Shown here piece by piece: positions 18,595 to 18,853 of a DNA stretch of 18,853 bases. The first letter of the stretch is position 1. The number at the start of each line of letters is the position of its first letter. Position numbers and translations under genes: made by a program. The notes beneath the pieces were generated by a model that saw only the letters and a list, made by a program, of their open reading frames with translations, was not told where the DNA came from and made no database searches. Source of the DNA: Octopus sinensis (Eukaryota). Location of the stretch: the NCBI RefSeq assembly GCF_006345805.1, contig NW_021824357.1:1-18853 (forward strand). The letters run 5' to 3'.

Positions 18595-18853
18595 AGGAGT
18601 GGCTGTGTGGTAAGTAGCTTGCTAACCAACCACATGGTTCCGGGTTCAGTCCCACTGCATGGCATCTTGGGCAAGTGTCTTCTGCTATAGCCCCGGGCTG
18701 ACCAATGCCTTGTGAGTGGATTTGGTAGACGGAAACTGAAAGAAGCCTGTCATATATGTATATATATATATATATATGTGTGCGTCTATGTTTGTGTGTG
18801 TGTGTTTGTCCCCCTAGCATTGCTTGACAACCGATGCTGGTGTGTTTATGTCC
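18595..18853 (+). mobile_element. SINE-A, sense orientation, runs off the window
   Basis: Head, (TA/TG)n and start of the body. Confidence 0.9.

Overview
This is eukaryotic, repeat-dense genomic DNA. The SINE families, microsatellite load and gene identity point to an octopus or other coleoid cephalopod; that is my inference from memory, not a database result. I can reconstruct five in-frame coding exons of one plus-strand gene: 7771-8286, 12323-12446, 15029-15154, 16215-16396 and 17691-17951. All junctions are GT-AG with matching phases, giving 403 codons that run off the window. The protein is recognisably KIAA0753/Moonraker (OFIP), a centriolar-satellite/ciliogenesis protein. The rest is transposon-derived or simple repeat. 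There are two tRNA-type SINE families (called A and B here), a (GAT)n-tailed family C, fragments of CR1, RTE and L1/Tx1-like LINEs, and a Penelope-like hammerhead remnant. There are also several TIR/foldback elements, including a Merlin-like MITE with a perfect 8-bp TSD, and three tandem arrays built from TE pieces. I see no CRISPR array, rRNA or true tRNA gene, and no new multi-gene system. The most interesting signals concern TE biology (a SINE-B/Tx1 tail partnership with GGTA target microhomology, nesting with clean TSDs, and head-to-tail arrays) and repeats shaping splicing of the gene.
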